Positions 1 to 12,300 of a DNA stretch of 64,000 nt are shown here, piece after piece. The stretch is from Botryllus schlosseri. Taxonomy: Eukaryota. The stretch spans positions 30,196,001 to 30,260,000 of the forward strand of contig CM119371.1 in the NCBI GenBank assembly GCA_051294905.1, in the 5' to 3' direction. The position numbers were made by a program, and so were the translations under genes. The notes beneath the pieces were generated by a model. It saw only the letters and a program-made list of their open reading frames with translations, ran no database searches and was not told the DNA's origin. Numbering within the stretch: the stretch's first letter is position 1; each line of letters opens with the position of its first letter.

Positions 1-116
1 AGTATTTAATTGAATAATACATTCATATTGAAATAAACCCAAATATATTCGTATATCAACAACAGTTCTGTATACCAACAATGTTATTCTCAATTCTCTA
101 CTAGTTGCTGACGATT

Positions 117-150
117 ACTCCTGACGAGTGTCAGCCGAAAATATTCGGGT
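117..150 (+). ncRNA. Minimal type-I hammerhead ribozyme motif in a Penelope-derived short repeat
   Basis: ACUC-CUGACGA-GUGUCAGCC-GAAA-AUAU-UC-GGGU: intact core, stem I ACUC/GGGU, palindromic stem III (AAUAUU). Confidence 0.7.
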
Positions 151-225
151 TCATTTCAATATGAATATGTTGAAGTTTTGTACTTCCGAGAAATTCTCTA
201 GCAATAAACAAAACATTTGGCTTAC

Positions 226-352
226 TTTAATTTTCTTAGTTCTTGCGGGAAAGAAGTTGGCTTTTTCATGGGAGTATATGTGTCCTGCTGGCCGGAAACG
301 TCGAATGATTTCTTTCTGATCGCCGACTCGATGGAATTTTCGTCGTGAGAGT
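226..352 (-). CDS. NBEAL1: NBEAL exon 38 SHDENSIES...QELRKL
   Basis: ttcttcag/GTAAGC, 127 nt, phase 1-2. Confidence 0.8.
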
Positions 353-3300
353 CTGAAGAATTGCCTTTGAAACAATTTGGACGGAATTAATTTTCAAATA
401 CCCAATGTGAAGACAGCTAATTTATTTCACCACCATGAGAATGTTTACGAAAATAAAAATTTTACCACGATTTCAATTCGAAGAACCTTACCCTTGTCGA
501 CGCTGTGGCCCTCCGTAACGCCTGAATCTGTGCTTGGGGTCAGGACGCTGTCGGATACTGTCCCGGCGTCCTCAGATCTAGGCAGGGAACGCATTGATTT
601 GCTATCTGCCTCATAAATAACTAATAGGATTGTTCAAAATAACTTCAGATTTATTACGTTATTGTAAAAAATTGTTAGGTTGGCTAAAAAAATGATTGAA
701 AAACAAATTTGACTCGATTCCAATACGTAGAAACGAACTTTTTCGTTATTAATTACGGGATTACTCACCGTCAATGCTATTTTTGCAAATCCGAAATTTA
801 CAGCTGTAGTATCTATGCTTCTACCAGTGTGAGCGAAAATCTTTAAGCATCATTATTTTAGACAATTTGACGATTTTATGGGGTTGACAGTAAAATTAGA
901 AATATTCTTTTTCAAATATTCATGGTAAATTCAAAATTTTTCAACTCCCACGCACATCTACTAATTGGAAGTGAGCCAAATTTGGTGTGCAACGTCTTTT
1001 TAGCGGACCCAACAATTTTATGGAATAGCTGCCAAAATTTTTTAAAAAGGCCCTGCCCTTATAGTATATAAGTTATGGAGTTGACAGCACCTACTGCACT
1101 GCACTCACAATGCTTTGTGGAATGTTCACAAGGCTAAGTGAACACATGTTCAACCGCAGAAAAGTGTTCAACAAAACTCAAAGATAGCCTAAGTTCATAC
1201 AAGCTCACATGGTTATTTAGACTGGCATTCAAGTTCACAAGAACATTTCAAGTTGAAGGCGATCTCTAATGACCTCGCCATTTCGAGTTTACATAACCTT
1301 ACGAGTTCATTTCAACTTACATCCAAGTTCTCAAGGATGCTTGAACTCGAGGTAGAGTCAAAATAGGATGATAAGCCTGAGTTCGAACAAGCTCTCAAGG
1401 TTATGTGAACTTGCGTTCAAGCCCACAAGGGCGTTAAAAATCGAGGTTGAGTTCAAATAAACTTGCAGGCTCCAAATAAAAACTAGTTTAATCTGAAGGG
1501 CGAGTTCATACAAGCTCACACGGTTATTCAACTCACATGTTTCAAGTTCACAATAACATTTGAAGTACAGGCTGATCTCAAATGACCTCATGACTGTGAG
1601 TTTACATAACATAACATAACATAACCTCTCAAGGTTATATGAACTTGCGTTCAAGCTTACAAGGGTGTTAAAACTCAAGGTTGAGATCAAATATACTGGT
1701 GAGGTTCAACTACAAAGTACTTAATAATGAATAATAAACGAACGTTTAACCTCAGAAAGATGTTTCAACTGAAGGTCGAGTTCATATAAGCAAACGCGGT
1801 CATTCGAACTCGCATTCAAGCTCACAATAATATCCTAGTAGAGGCTGATCTCAAATAACAAAGCAAGTTAGAGAGTATTCAACCTTACGTTCAAGCGCAT
1901 ACGGATGAGCGATACTCGGGATCGAGTTAAAACAAGATCCTGAGTCCGAGTTCAATCGAGCTAACAGGTTTATTCAAACTTGTGTTCGAATCCAGAATTA
2001 GTGGCAGTGACCAAATGAATCATATATTGAACACTTGGATTCTTGGCCTGGTCCATTTTTTGACGTTTAGATCAAATTATTATAATTAAATTCATTCTAA
2101 CATAGAAAGTCCAATAGTTAGCTGGAAAGCCAATACTTATGGTCATAAATTGCACGCTCTCACCTGATAGAAATGCTACCTCTCTGCGAGGATGTGGAGT
2201 TATACTTCTTGACAAGCAGTCTCGTTACAACATCCTGAACGTATTGAGAACTCGTTACATCGTGAAGACATTGTAATCATTCGATAGAAGAAAAACTTCA
2301 ACAGTTGGGTATAAATAGAGCGTTGCAGGGCTCAATTTGTCAAATTAAGAAACACATAAATATTAAACGGATTCATTCTAATTCGCTATAACTGATCACA
2401 CTCACTCGACTTAGGAAGTTAAAAAAACAGCATTTAACATTAGAGAGATGCTATTTTAAAACCAGGTGAAAATCATTGAGATTACCTGCCACCCAGGCAA
2501 AGAGGAGTATTGCGCTGTGAATCCAGTGTCCGAGTTGAGCATGTGAAAGAGGTATTTGGCTGCGTCGCGCCGCACCGACATTTCGGCGTTGTGGAAGTAC
2601 TGCATCGCAGCCAGAAACGCACCGGCTCCCAGACCTACAAAGCATATCGCGAAAAACCCCTTAAAATACTCAAATAGACAATGATCACGTCACAACGACT
2701 AATTTATGGCTCAGACTATGTCGGATTTGTTCGTAATCAGTTGAGTCTGTATACATGGAAAATGATAAAGTTCAATTGAAAATAAGCCATAGCAGTAGCA
2801 GACTCGGCCAACTAAATAACCTACTGTTTTCCTTAGATAGGTGTCGTTCTAGCTTCGGATTTCTAAAAGGGAGTTGATTCTAGTTCTAGCTCAGAGTTTT
2901 GAGTGGTTCTAGTTCTTGTTCCAGTTATCGATTTTGAAAAGTGAGCAGCTCCTGCTCCAGTTGCGAGTTTTGAACTGTGAATAGTTCTGGTTCTACTGGC
3001 GCATTTTAATAAGCGAGCAGTTCTAGTTCTAGTTGCGCACTTTAAAAAGTGGTTAGTTCTAGTTCTAGTCGCGAGTTTGGAAAATTCAGTAGTTCTAGTT
3101 CTACATCTAGTTGCGCATTTTCAAAATTCATAAATTCAGTGGCGAAACTTCAAAATTGTTGCCACACTGTTTCGCACAATTTGCCCAAACAAGCTGGGGG
3201 GGGGGGGATAGCCCAACCCAAGCACCCAAAACAGTAATTGAAAACCCATGCTTCTGAAGGTCGGAAGGTGGAAACGCATTCTTGCCTATCTTATCGCATT

Positions 3301-6300
3301 ATGCACACTCGGTCATCTTCACAATACGGCAGACGTTGTGAAATATATTCCAATGTCAGTGCCAATTATATGGCCTATTTTAGCGGGAATCACGGATATT
3401 TTGCTGTCAAGAATTAGATTTTGAAGCATTCTGAATAAATAAACCTAAAATAAAGAAAAAACCTTTGACCAGTATTTCGGTGTATGGATACGCGATGGAG
3501 TATGATATCAGGTCAATATAACGTCGCAGTGGCATCAGAGAAGCTCACGTTTATTTTTAACAGACCAGTTTTTTCATTTTCTTTCAACCATCAGCCATGC
3601 ATGTTTTACACAATGTTAACAATAGGCATAAGCTCCATAAGCTGATTCCACCACGTCGATATCGGCCGGGCCTTGGACATCTATTGTAAATTCATCATCC
3701 TTTATTGTTTGCAAAACAAGTTCAAGTTCATTAGCTAAAAGCAGGCAGCATACATGTTTCAAGCAGGTGAATTAGAGTGTCTATGAGACGTACTGAGCGA
3801 AACAGAATATCTCTCCACCAATAGTACTACACAAAATAATTCGTCACAGGGTGTTTCAATCACGAATAAACAAAGCTTGCCTACAAGTTTACTGCAGGTA
3901 TAGAGAGAAGAGCTGGAGGAGCACTTGAGTAGAGTTAGTTCCACCATTTCATGCCAGGACAAGAGAAAAAATCAAACCAATCAATACATGCGGCTATGAC
4001 AGATTGATATGTGGAGAAATCAAAAATTCGGACAAATCAAAAGGTACTAAAAATTCCGATCGGATCCGAGTATTTTCGACAAGAGCATCACCCGTATTTC
4101 AGAACGATACTATTTTGTTCTATTACACCGTATCTTACGTTTCGATTTTTTACTCGCCGAGCAGGATTCCGCTGAAGGCAAATTGAGAATTACGATATCA
4201 AATATCACTATTTTGAGTGGCTACCATCTTTAACCTGGTACGTTCATTAATCGAGATTACTAATACAACAGATCATAACAAGCAAGTCAATCTCGGCTAT
4301 AAGCTTCACAAGAAATGATTTGTATCGAAAATATTTGTTACTTTCATATCGTATACTTTGTATGCGAATTTTAGGGTCCGTAATTCTGATTGCCGTATCA
4401 TCATTAATTTTGCTTTTGAAGACAATAGAATCTTGAAACCAGGCACCAGACAAGTACTGTGTTTTTGCAATGGATGGCCTAGTAAAATAATCAAGTTATG
4501 CACCACAAACTAGCTCTTTAAGCATTCAGTATTTGATGGCAGTTCTGTTAATGTTCTGTACTATGTGTACGGTATTTATTTTGTGTAAAGTTTGAAGTTT
4601 ATAGGTCTCTGAAACTAAACCATCTTGCTCTACATTTAGTAAGCCAGTGATTAGGGCACATTAGCACGTTCACAAGAATGCAAATTAATATTTCAACAAA
4701 TACAAAATGCATTTAATTTTGTTTATCCTATTTATTGGGTTCTGAAACTCAACTATATCTCTAGATTTGGTAATCCAAGGGTTTACGGCATATGCCTGCA
4801 TCAGATAATCTACAGTAAGCCAAGTGAGTAGTATAGTAAGCTACATGACAGCATTAGTAAGAACTCTAACACTACACTTCAACAAATACCCACCAATTTC
4901 AACGACGAGATTAAGAAAATGCGAACAAAAGGCTCTGGTCGGTTGTACGTGCTTTAGTCGCATTGTAAGCGCCGAAAACCCGACAGGCTGCAGCTTCAGA
5001 AAAGACTTGTTCTTGTCGTAAACGAATTCCGTCTTCAACAGCCTCGTGAGCAGCTAAGTGTAAGTAAAGAGCAAAATCGCATTTTTTAAGGCTTGTTATG
5101 AGGTGGGGCATCGAATTAACTACAGACTGAAAACTATTATCGTATAAAAACCGATGTCTAAAGCACATGTGCAGACACTGCGCCAGCATTTTTCTTTGTT
5201 TCGTTGTTACAAAATCGCGTAGAATGTATATATGCACTGGCACATACTCAATGCCCAAGACACAGACCAAATATCAAGGGCTGCAGACTTGATGCCAAGG
5301 TCCACAAAATTAATGCCAGGGGCCCCAGACCAAATACCGAAAAGCCACAAACTCAATGCTAGGGGCCAATACTTAATTTCAAAGGCCACATACTCTATTC
5401 AAATTACACCAAGGGTCACAACATCGATGCCAAGTGCCAAAGACTAAATGGCAAAATCCAAAGATTACACATTTAACTCTAAGGGCCACTAATGCAATGC
5501 CAAGGGCCACAGACTGAATGCCAAAAGCCACTAACTCAATGCAAAGGGACACTAATTCAATGCTAAGGGCCACACTCTGAAAGCCAAAAGTTACTAACTC
5601 AATCCAAAGGGCCACAAACTAAATGCTACAGGCACTAACTTAATGCCAAGGCGCACAAACTCAATGCTTAGGGGACGAACTTAGTGCCAAGGGCAACAGA
5701 CAAATTTAATGCCAAGGGCCATAGCCTCAATGCCAAAAGTTACTATCTCAATGCAAAGGGCCACAAACTAAATGCTACAGGCACTAACTTAACGCCAAGG
5801 CGCACAAACTTAATGCTAAGGTCCACACACTTAATTCTAAGACCACAGACTCAATGTTAAGGAACCATTAGCTCGTCGACATCTTACTTTGCAAGCTTTG
5901 ATGCGTATCGCCTCCGTAAAGCGTTCGTCTGACAAAACGACGTAAAGGATGTCGGCCTTGCCATGCTCGAACAGCAGACAGTTGAGATGGCCGCGGCAGG
6001 GACACTCCAGCAATGCGTTCAGAAGGTCGAAGCATTCAGACAGCTGCAAAAGAAAGCCAGTATACAATTGAATAGTATATTCATATTGAAATGAACCCGA
6101 ATATTTTCGGCTGACACTCGTCAGGGGTAATCGTCAGCAACTAGTAGAGAATTCAAAAGAACAGCGTATATATGTCAGCCGAAAATATTCGGGTTCATTT
6201 CAATATGATTATACTATTCAATAGCATATTGATGTTCTGTACCTCCAACAAGCTGTTCAAAGCCAATATAAGTACACATAATCAAAACATTCCTGCGTTC

Positions 6301-9300
6301 TGTTCGAATTGTAAGTAAAACGGATAAAGTTTTGACGTCGGCACCGCAGAAAATACCTTGAATTGACTGTTGGAGGTCAAAACTAGAACATACAACTTAA
6401 TACCATATTCATCTTGAAACAAACCCAAATATTTCAACGGACATTGAATATACTAAATGTATATTGCCTACAATTATTATTGATGTACAATGTTCTTTCC
6501 GATTCTCTACTAGTTCCTGACGATTACCCCTGACGAGTGTCAGCCGAAAATAATCATGTGTATTTCAATATGAATATACTATTCAATTGTATGTTGAAGT
6601 TTTGTACCTCCAAGTGTATTCAAAAGATGTAATAATTTAGGATTTAAAAATTTTATTCGGATTGAGACTTCAAATAGAAATATTAATCCGGATACAGCTC
6701 AGGATTCGACTCGGAACTACCTTCATGGATCTGGATTTGTATTTATGTCTCAGACTCTAAATCCAGTTACTAAGGTTTTGTATAAGACATATCTTCCTCA
6801 ATTTGGACTTTTGGCAGCGTCACAGACAACCTAAACCCACCTGAGTCTCCTCGTCATCCTTCGCAGACACGATGAAGCCGAGTATCGAGTCCAATTCGTC
6901 CGCCGTGATGTCGCGCGCCGCGTAACACTTCACGAGACCGAGCAACGAGCTGCGTATCACTTTGGTGTCGTCCGCACTCAAATTCGGATCTGCCGAGCTG
7001 CAAATCAGAGATGTGCGGAACAATATTACAAATTGCAAATCCAAATATTTCAGTAACAAATAATTCCGAATTCCAAATATTTCAGTAACAGCTACCTATT
7101 CCAAAATTATACATATAATCTCAGTCAAAACTATATATTATTACTAACCTACGGATAGATATGCAACTCGCGGTGGTTAAGCTTGGGCAAACAGTGTCTC
7201 TTAATGCTGAGCAATCTAAAAGTAGCATAACCGGTAGTGCTATAGCTGGCGAAAGCTAGTGTCGCACCGATTCCGAAAACACAAGGTAAAATCTTATCAG
7301 GGCAATGGAACCAGCTAAAAACATCCCTTAAAAACGGCATTGTTCCAACAATAGCAGTCCACAACACAATAAGCATAACAATGTCCAATTTCGTTAAGCT
7401 GATATTTGAAACAATGCCAATTTTCAGACTTTGAGGGCTGTTTTGAGGTAGTTCCATTGCCCTGACAAGATCTCAATTTATATTTTCGGAATCAGTGCAA
7501 CACTAGCTTCCAATTAGGACCAGTTTTGCTAACTTTTAGTGCTTGGGTCGCCAGCTATCGCACTACCAATCATGCTGCTTTTAGATTGCTCAGCAATAAG
7601 AGAGACTGCTTGCTCAAGCGCAACGATGGGTTTTGCGCGAGTTGCGTATCTTACCAGTTTCATACCATAGGCCGGACCAGATATGTGCTATCATTTGTTA
7701 CAATAACGTACAAAGCCAGTCAACCAACAGACACACCGACAACTCACCAGTAATAGGTCTTGATCACGTCGAGCATGTATTGCACTCCGTATTTTTTGCG
7801 AAACAGCTTCCGATTGTCCTTTATAACAGTGGCGAGGTACTGAATGTGTCCGATGCGTACCAGAAACTCGCTACGACTCCAGATGCTAACGAAAAAAATG
7901 ATATGCTCAAAATAAAAATATCTTCCGAGGACACTTCAACTATTACACATTAAAATATGCAGAGATGATCAAAGTATTACGTTCAGTTCAGTAATTTTCA
8001 ACAGGAAGCCCAAGCAACCACCCAAAATACATTTATGGGTCCGTGCTAATACTGATAGCTACAAAATCTTGTGGAGTCTTACCGAAAATCAAAAAGTAAA
8101 TACTGGTAAATCTGCTGCAGCAAGTTGTTCCCAGACTGTACCGACGCGTCGATGGACTCGACTAAAAGTTGCGTAGCGGTAAGAACGTCCGTATCGATCA
8201 GCTCTGTCGGCATCTTTGGATTAAATACTATATTAAAGCCAGGGAAGTGTTACAGACAGGCTATGGTTACACTCAATCAAACAATATTAATCTCGATCAC
8301 AAGTTGTTATAGGTGTGCCCATTAGTTTGGATTGTTCAAATGATCACCAAACTGGTGTCTGTACAAAATCAACATATGGAAGTTGGCTGCAAATTCCAGC
8401 ACAATTAAAATAATTTACATAATATGGTGGTTTTTGATTCGCCTTGGTTTTGACAATAGGCTAGCCTATACAAAAAATACTCATGACAAACAGGCATATA
8501 GGCATCTAGGTGTCACCAGATCACAGGCAAAAGCATTGCAAGTTGTAGCTGATCAAATATTGTAGTTTGATGTGGAACAAAGATGAGAACATGGATGCAT
8601 AGGTTATCTTGACTTAATATGACCTCGGCCAAACTGGGTTCGGGAGTTTAAATTGCTCATCGTGGCCTCACTTTTAAATAAATCGGGGTCATGTCAGCAA
8701 GACTCAACTGCCTGATTCTTTAAAGTATCAATACATTAAAATCACATATAAATTGCACGGTTTTTCTTGATGACAAAATCTTTTCGTTACTTCGATTGCC
8801 GTCAGCGTCACTGTTGCATCATTAACACAATTTAGCGTGTGATTTACATTGTCTCGAAGCTTCCAAAATCATGGCGAATTAGACAAAAACACACAAAATA
8901 CCTCTGTAGATACGTACTCGTAGCTGAAAGGCAATAAATTAAAACGTAGAATGTTATGGGTGTGAAATTTCAGACTGAGAAAATCCTGGAAACGTTTTTT
9001 CCAGCTTAAAACAGGGTACCACGCCATCGCACCTCTATTTCATACATAAGAAAACAGACAAACATACTTTCCTTTTACTATACATTAACAGTAACACAAT
9101 GAACATTGGTAATACATAATTTATAGTGAACTTGAAAGTATTGACCATAAAATATACCAAAATATTAGTACCGCATATACCCATATGTTACAGTATTATG
9201 ACAGGAAGTTGATATGCTAGGGATGCTGAAGAGTTGCCAATTTTTCGTGGGAAATGATTAGGGAAACAATTGACAAGACCTCAAATAAAGCTAAGGTACG

Positions 9301-12300
9301 CATCTGGCTGGAATTACGTTGTACAGGACTACAGGTCTATTCAATGAAATATTTCTGTGATTCATGGTTGTGAGGGGGGTTTATGGTCGTAGTTTGAAAG
9401 CGCAAGTGCCACGTCAGCATGATCTGCGTGAGAGTCACGCTAATTACACCGAGAAATATTTCTAATAGTCATTTTCTAACGAAATCCCACATATGGCTAG
9501 TTGGGGCATTGATGAAATGTTGTGATTGCCAACAACACATTACCGCCGTATATACATTGGCACATTGTCGTCATGCAGAGTCATAGGCTACGTAACAATC
9601 TACATCTACAATAAAGATATAAAACATATAATATTTATTAAACATAAAAAATCAATGGTTTAATTCCAGATTTGCACACAGCTAATGTCCAACTGTTGTA
9701 ACACCTTTTTCATCCAGGCGGTCAGGCCAATTCTGACCAGCTTACCTTCTGCAGTAGAGCCCCGATAGTGGCTACGCCACACGATTGCACTAAATTGTCC
9801 TCGTTGATGTCGTGTCTGCCGACCGTGCCCAGACCGGAGTGGACGATGAAATTTTTCAGCAAGATCAGGAACGCGGCTACGTGATTCTTTTGCAGTTTCA
9901 AATCTGAGCACCGAGAAAGAAAGCCACTTCAAGCGGAAGTAGATACCGAAAGGTCTGAGACCTTCATACATTTTGCAGTTGATCGGGAGTGGGTTCTTTC
10001 AAAATATGAGGGTGCATTTTCCAAAAATACATTTAATTACCATGCCACGGACGCAATTACTACACTCGGTTATGAAAATCCTATCAAACTTTTACAAGTG
10101 AGAAGGTCAAAACAACCGATGGATATAGCCTCCGTGTCATGGTAACAGACTTGTACAAACTACTCAATTATTTAGTTGACTGTCAAGTAACTAACGGCTT
10201 TTCAAGTAGTTCTGGTTCCAGTCGCAGAATTTGAAAAGACCTTAGTTCTAGTTCTACAACTAGAAAACACGTGCCGGTTTACGGGGAAGAAACTAGAAAC
10301 CCCTCCGATTTCCATTTCAAAACACCGTCTTTTTCAGGGGCAACTTTGGACTTAGGTAGCTTTGGACACTAAGCAGTAACAGATTTAAATGGTTATTGAT
10401 GAAAAAGGGTTGCCGCTGGATGTCTAATCCGTTTTCGTGAGGCAACAGTACCAAAAGCAGTCTCACTAAAAGGTGGATTCATTTCACTACCAGATAAACT
10501 TGATCCAACATTGATAAATTAATAGCGGGGGTCAATTTCATAAAATTGATGGCTGTCAAAATTCTTATAATCAAACATAGATAGCATGTGAGTCATAGAT
10601 TCAAAACTTGGTAGCAGATACCTCTTTAAGTAGTCTTAATCCATGGCAAAAATCTCAGTGGGCTCACCCTCAGATCATTATAAGAGAATGCGATGTCCAA
10701 AGTTACCCCGTCAAATGTTATCAGAACGGGGTAACTTCGGACAGTGGAAAATGCGATATTTAGAGCTTTGGAAAGTTGCTGCTTCATCTGTGTCGAAGTG
10801 TAACTTTGAAAAAGGATAATTTACAAAAATAAAGTACTTATTGTTGACCATGAAGATTTTGGATTAGTTAATTCTAATCTTTGTTCCATAACCTCTGAAA
10901 AACACAAAACTTGCCTCCACTACACTCTAGCATTTCGTAGATACAAAGCGAAATTGTTGAAAATTGTCCAAAGTTACCCCGGTTTATGGTACAGTGGTTA
11001 TAGTTCTAGTTGCGAATTTTGAAAATCGCGTGGTTCTAGTACCAGTTACGAGTTTTAAAAAGTGGTTAGCTCTAGTTCTAGTAGCACATTTTGAAAGACT
11101 AGTAGTTTGCACGATGTCATCAACGCAGCATACTTACCGCAAGATTTCGGACTTTCAATCACGACCCACTCCATGTCTTCTCCGAGAGGGGTGTTGGGGG
11201 ATGGTGATAAATCGTCGTCTTGCATTACGTCGCCGTTGGGACTGTGAAAATCGGTTGAATAGTATTGCTATCCTGTCTTTGTTCGTTAGTAGGGCTGTGC
11301 CGTTACAACAGTATGTAGGATGTGAAATGTTCAAATAGATATCACTGCTTGAGTGATATAGAAAGGAATGGCTCGCATTCATAACAATTTCCTCAGTGTT
11401 AACGGTTTCTGGCCCTATTTTCCTAGTATCAGGACTTACAGACGAAACACCAATCATGTGGTGACTTTACTATTCTCGCAAGTTACAATGAAACGTCTGT
11501 CTTGGCCGTCCTAGTCTCGAGTCATATGATTGGGTTAGAGTCATGCACAATGACTCGAATACAAGTCGAGTGAATTCAAGAATTGACTCGAGTCAAGTCG
11601 AGTCGCCAAAAATCACAACCAGCCATTTCTCGAGTCACTACTACCCTGTGTATCACTACATCTGAAGTTAAAAATACCTCGATCAAACACAAGTCTCGAT
11701 ATATCAGTATAGTTTAGATGTCAACCTTGTCGGTTCCAATTCGCCGTTGACCCGTTTGAAGTACATCGTGTTGATTTCTTCGAGCAGGGGAAAAAGAACG
11801 TGAACGCCACCGATTGCGTTTATCGAGTCCTGAAATCATACGCAAGAAACAAATAAAGCACGTCAACCTTTCGCATGGAGGTTGGTATATTCACGTTGAA
11901 ATGACCCCGAATATTTCCGGCTGACACTCGACAGGGGTAATCGTCAGCAACTAGTAGAGAATCGGAAAGAACATTGTCTATCAACAATTGTATCACAAAA
12001 TATGACGTCGCCGGCAGGAAATTTCGAATTATCGGAGCGAAGAGATCACTTAATCATGTAAACAAGCACCTTTTGTTGGCACAAACTTCGTTGGCGTAAT
12101 TTGATCAAAGTCAACTCAAAGGCACACAAATCAAAGTGTGAACGCCCGACGAGAAATCTGTTATCTCGATAATTTTCACAGTTCCACACGTTAAAAAGTA
12201 TTTGAAAAGTGAAGACTCCTATTCGTCGTGACCCTTCCCTGTATCAGAAAGCAAAGAAATTTTCATACCTTTACGTCCCACGTGACGACTTTATGTCCAG

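Noticed and set aside
5245..5860. CRISPR-like regular repeats (also 2840-3125 and 49255-49420)
   Set aside because: Eukaryotic intron; units are abutting and degenerate with no unique spacers, and there are no cas genes
8902..8923. 22-nt tttcag/GTATTT microexon candidate
   Set aside because: It shifts the frame between two conserved exons that join directly (LLQK-MPTE); at most a poison exon, with no support
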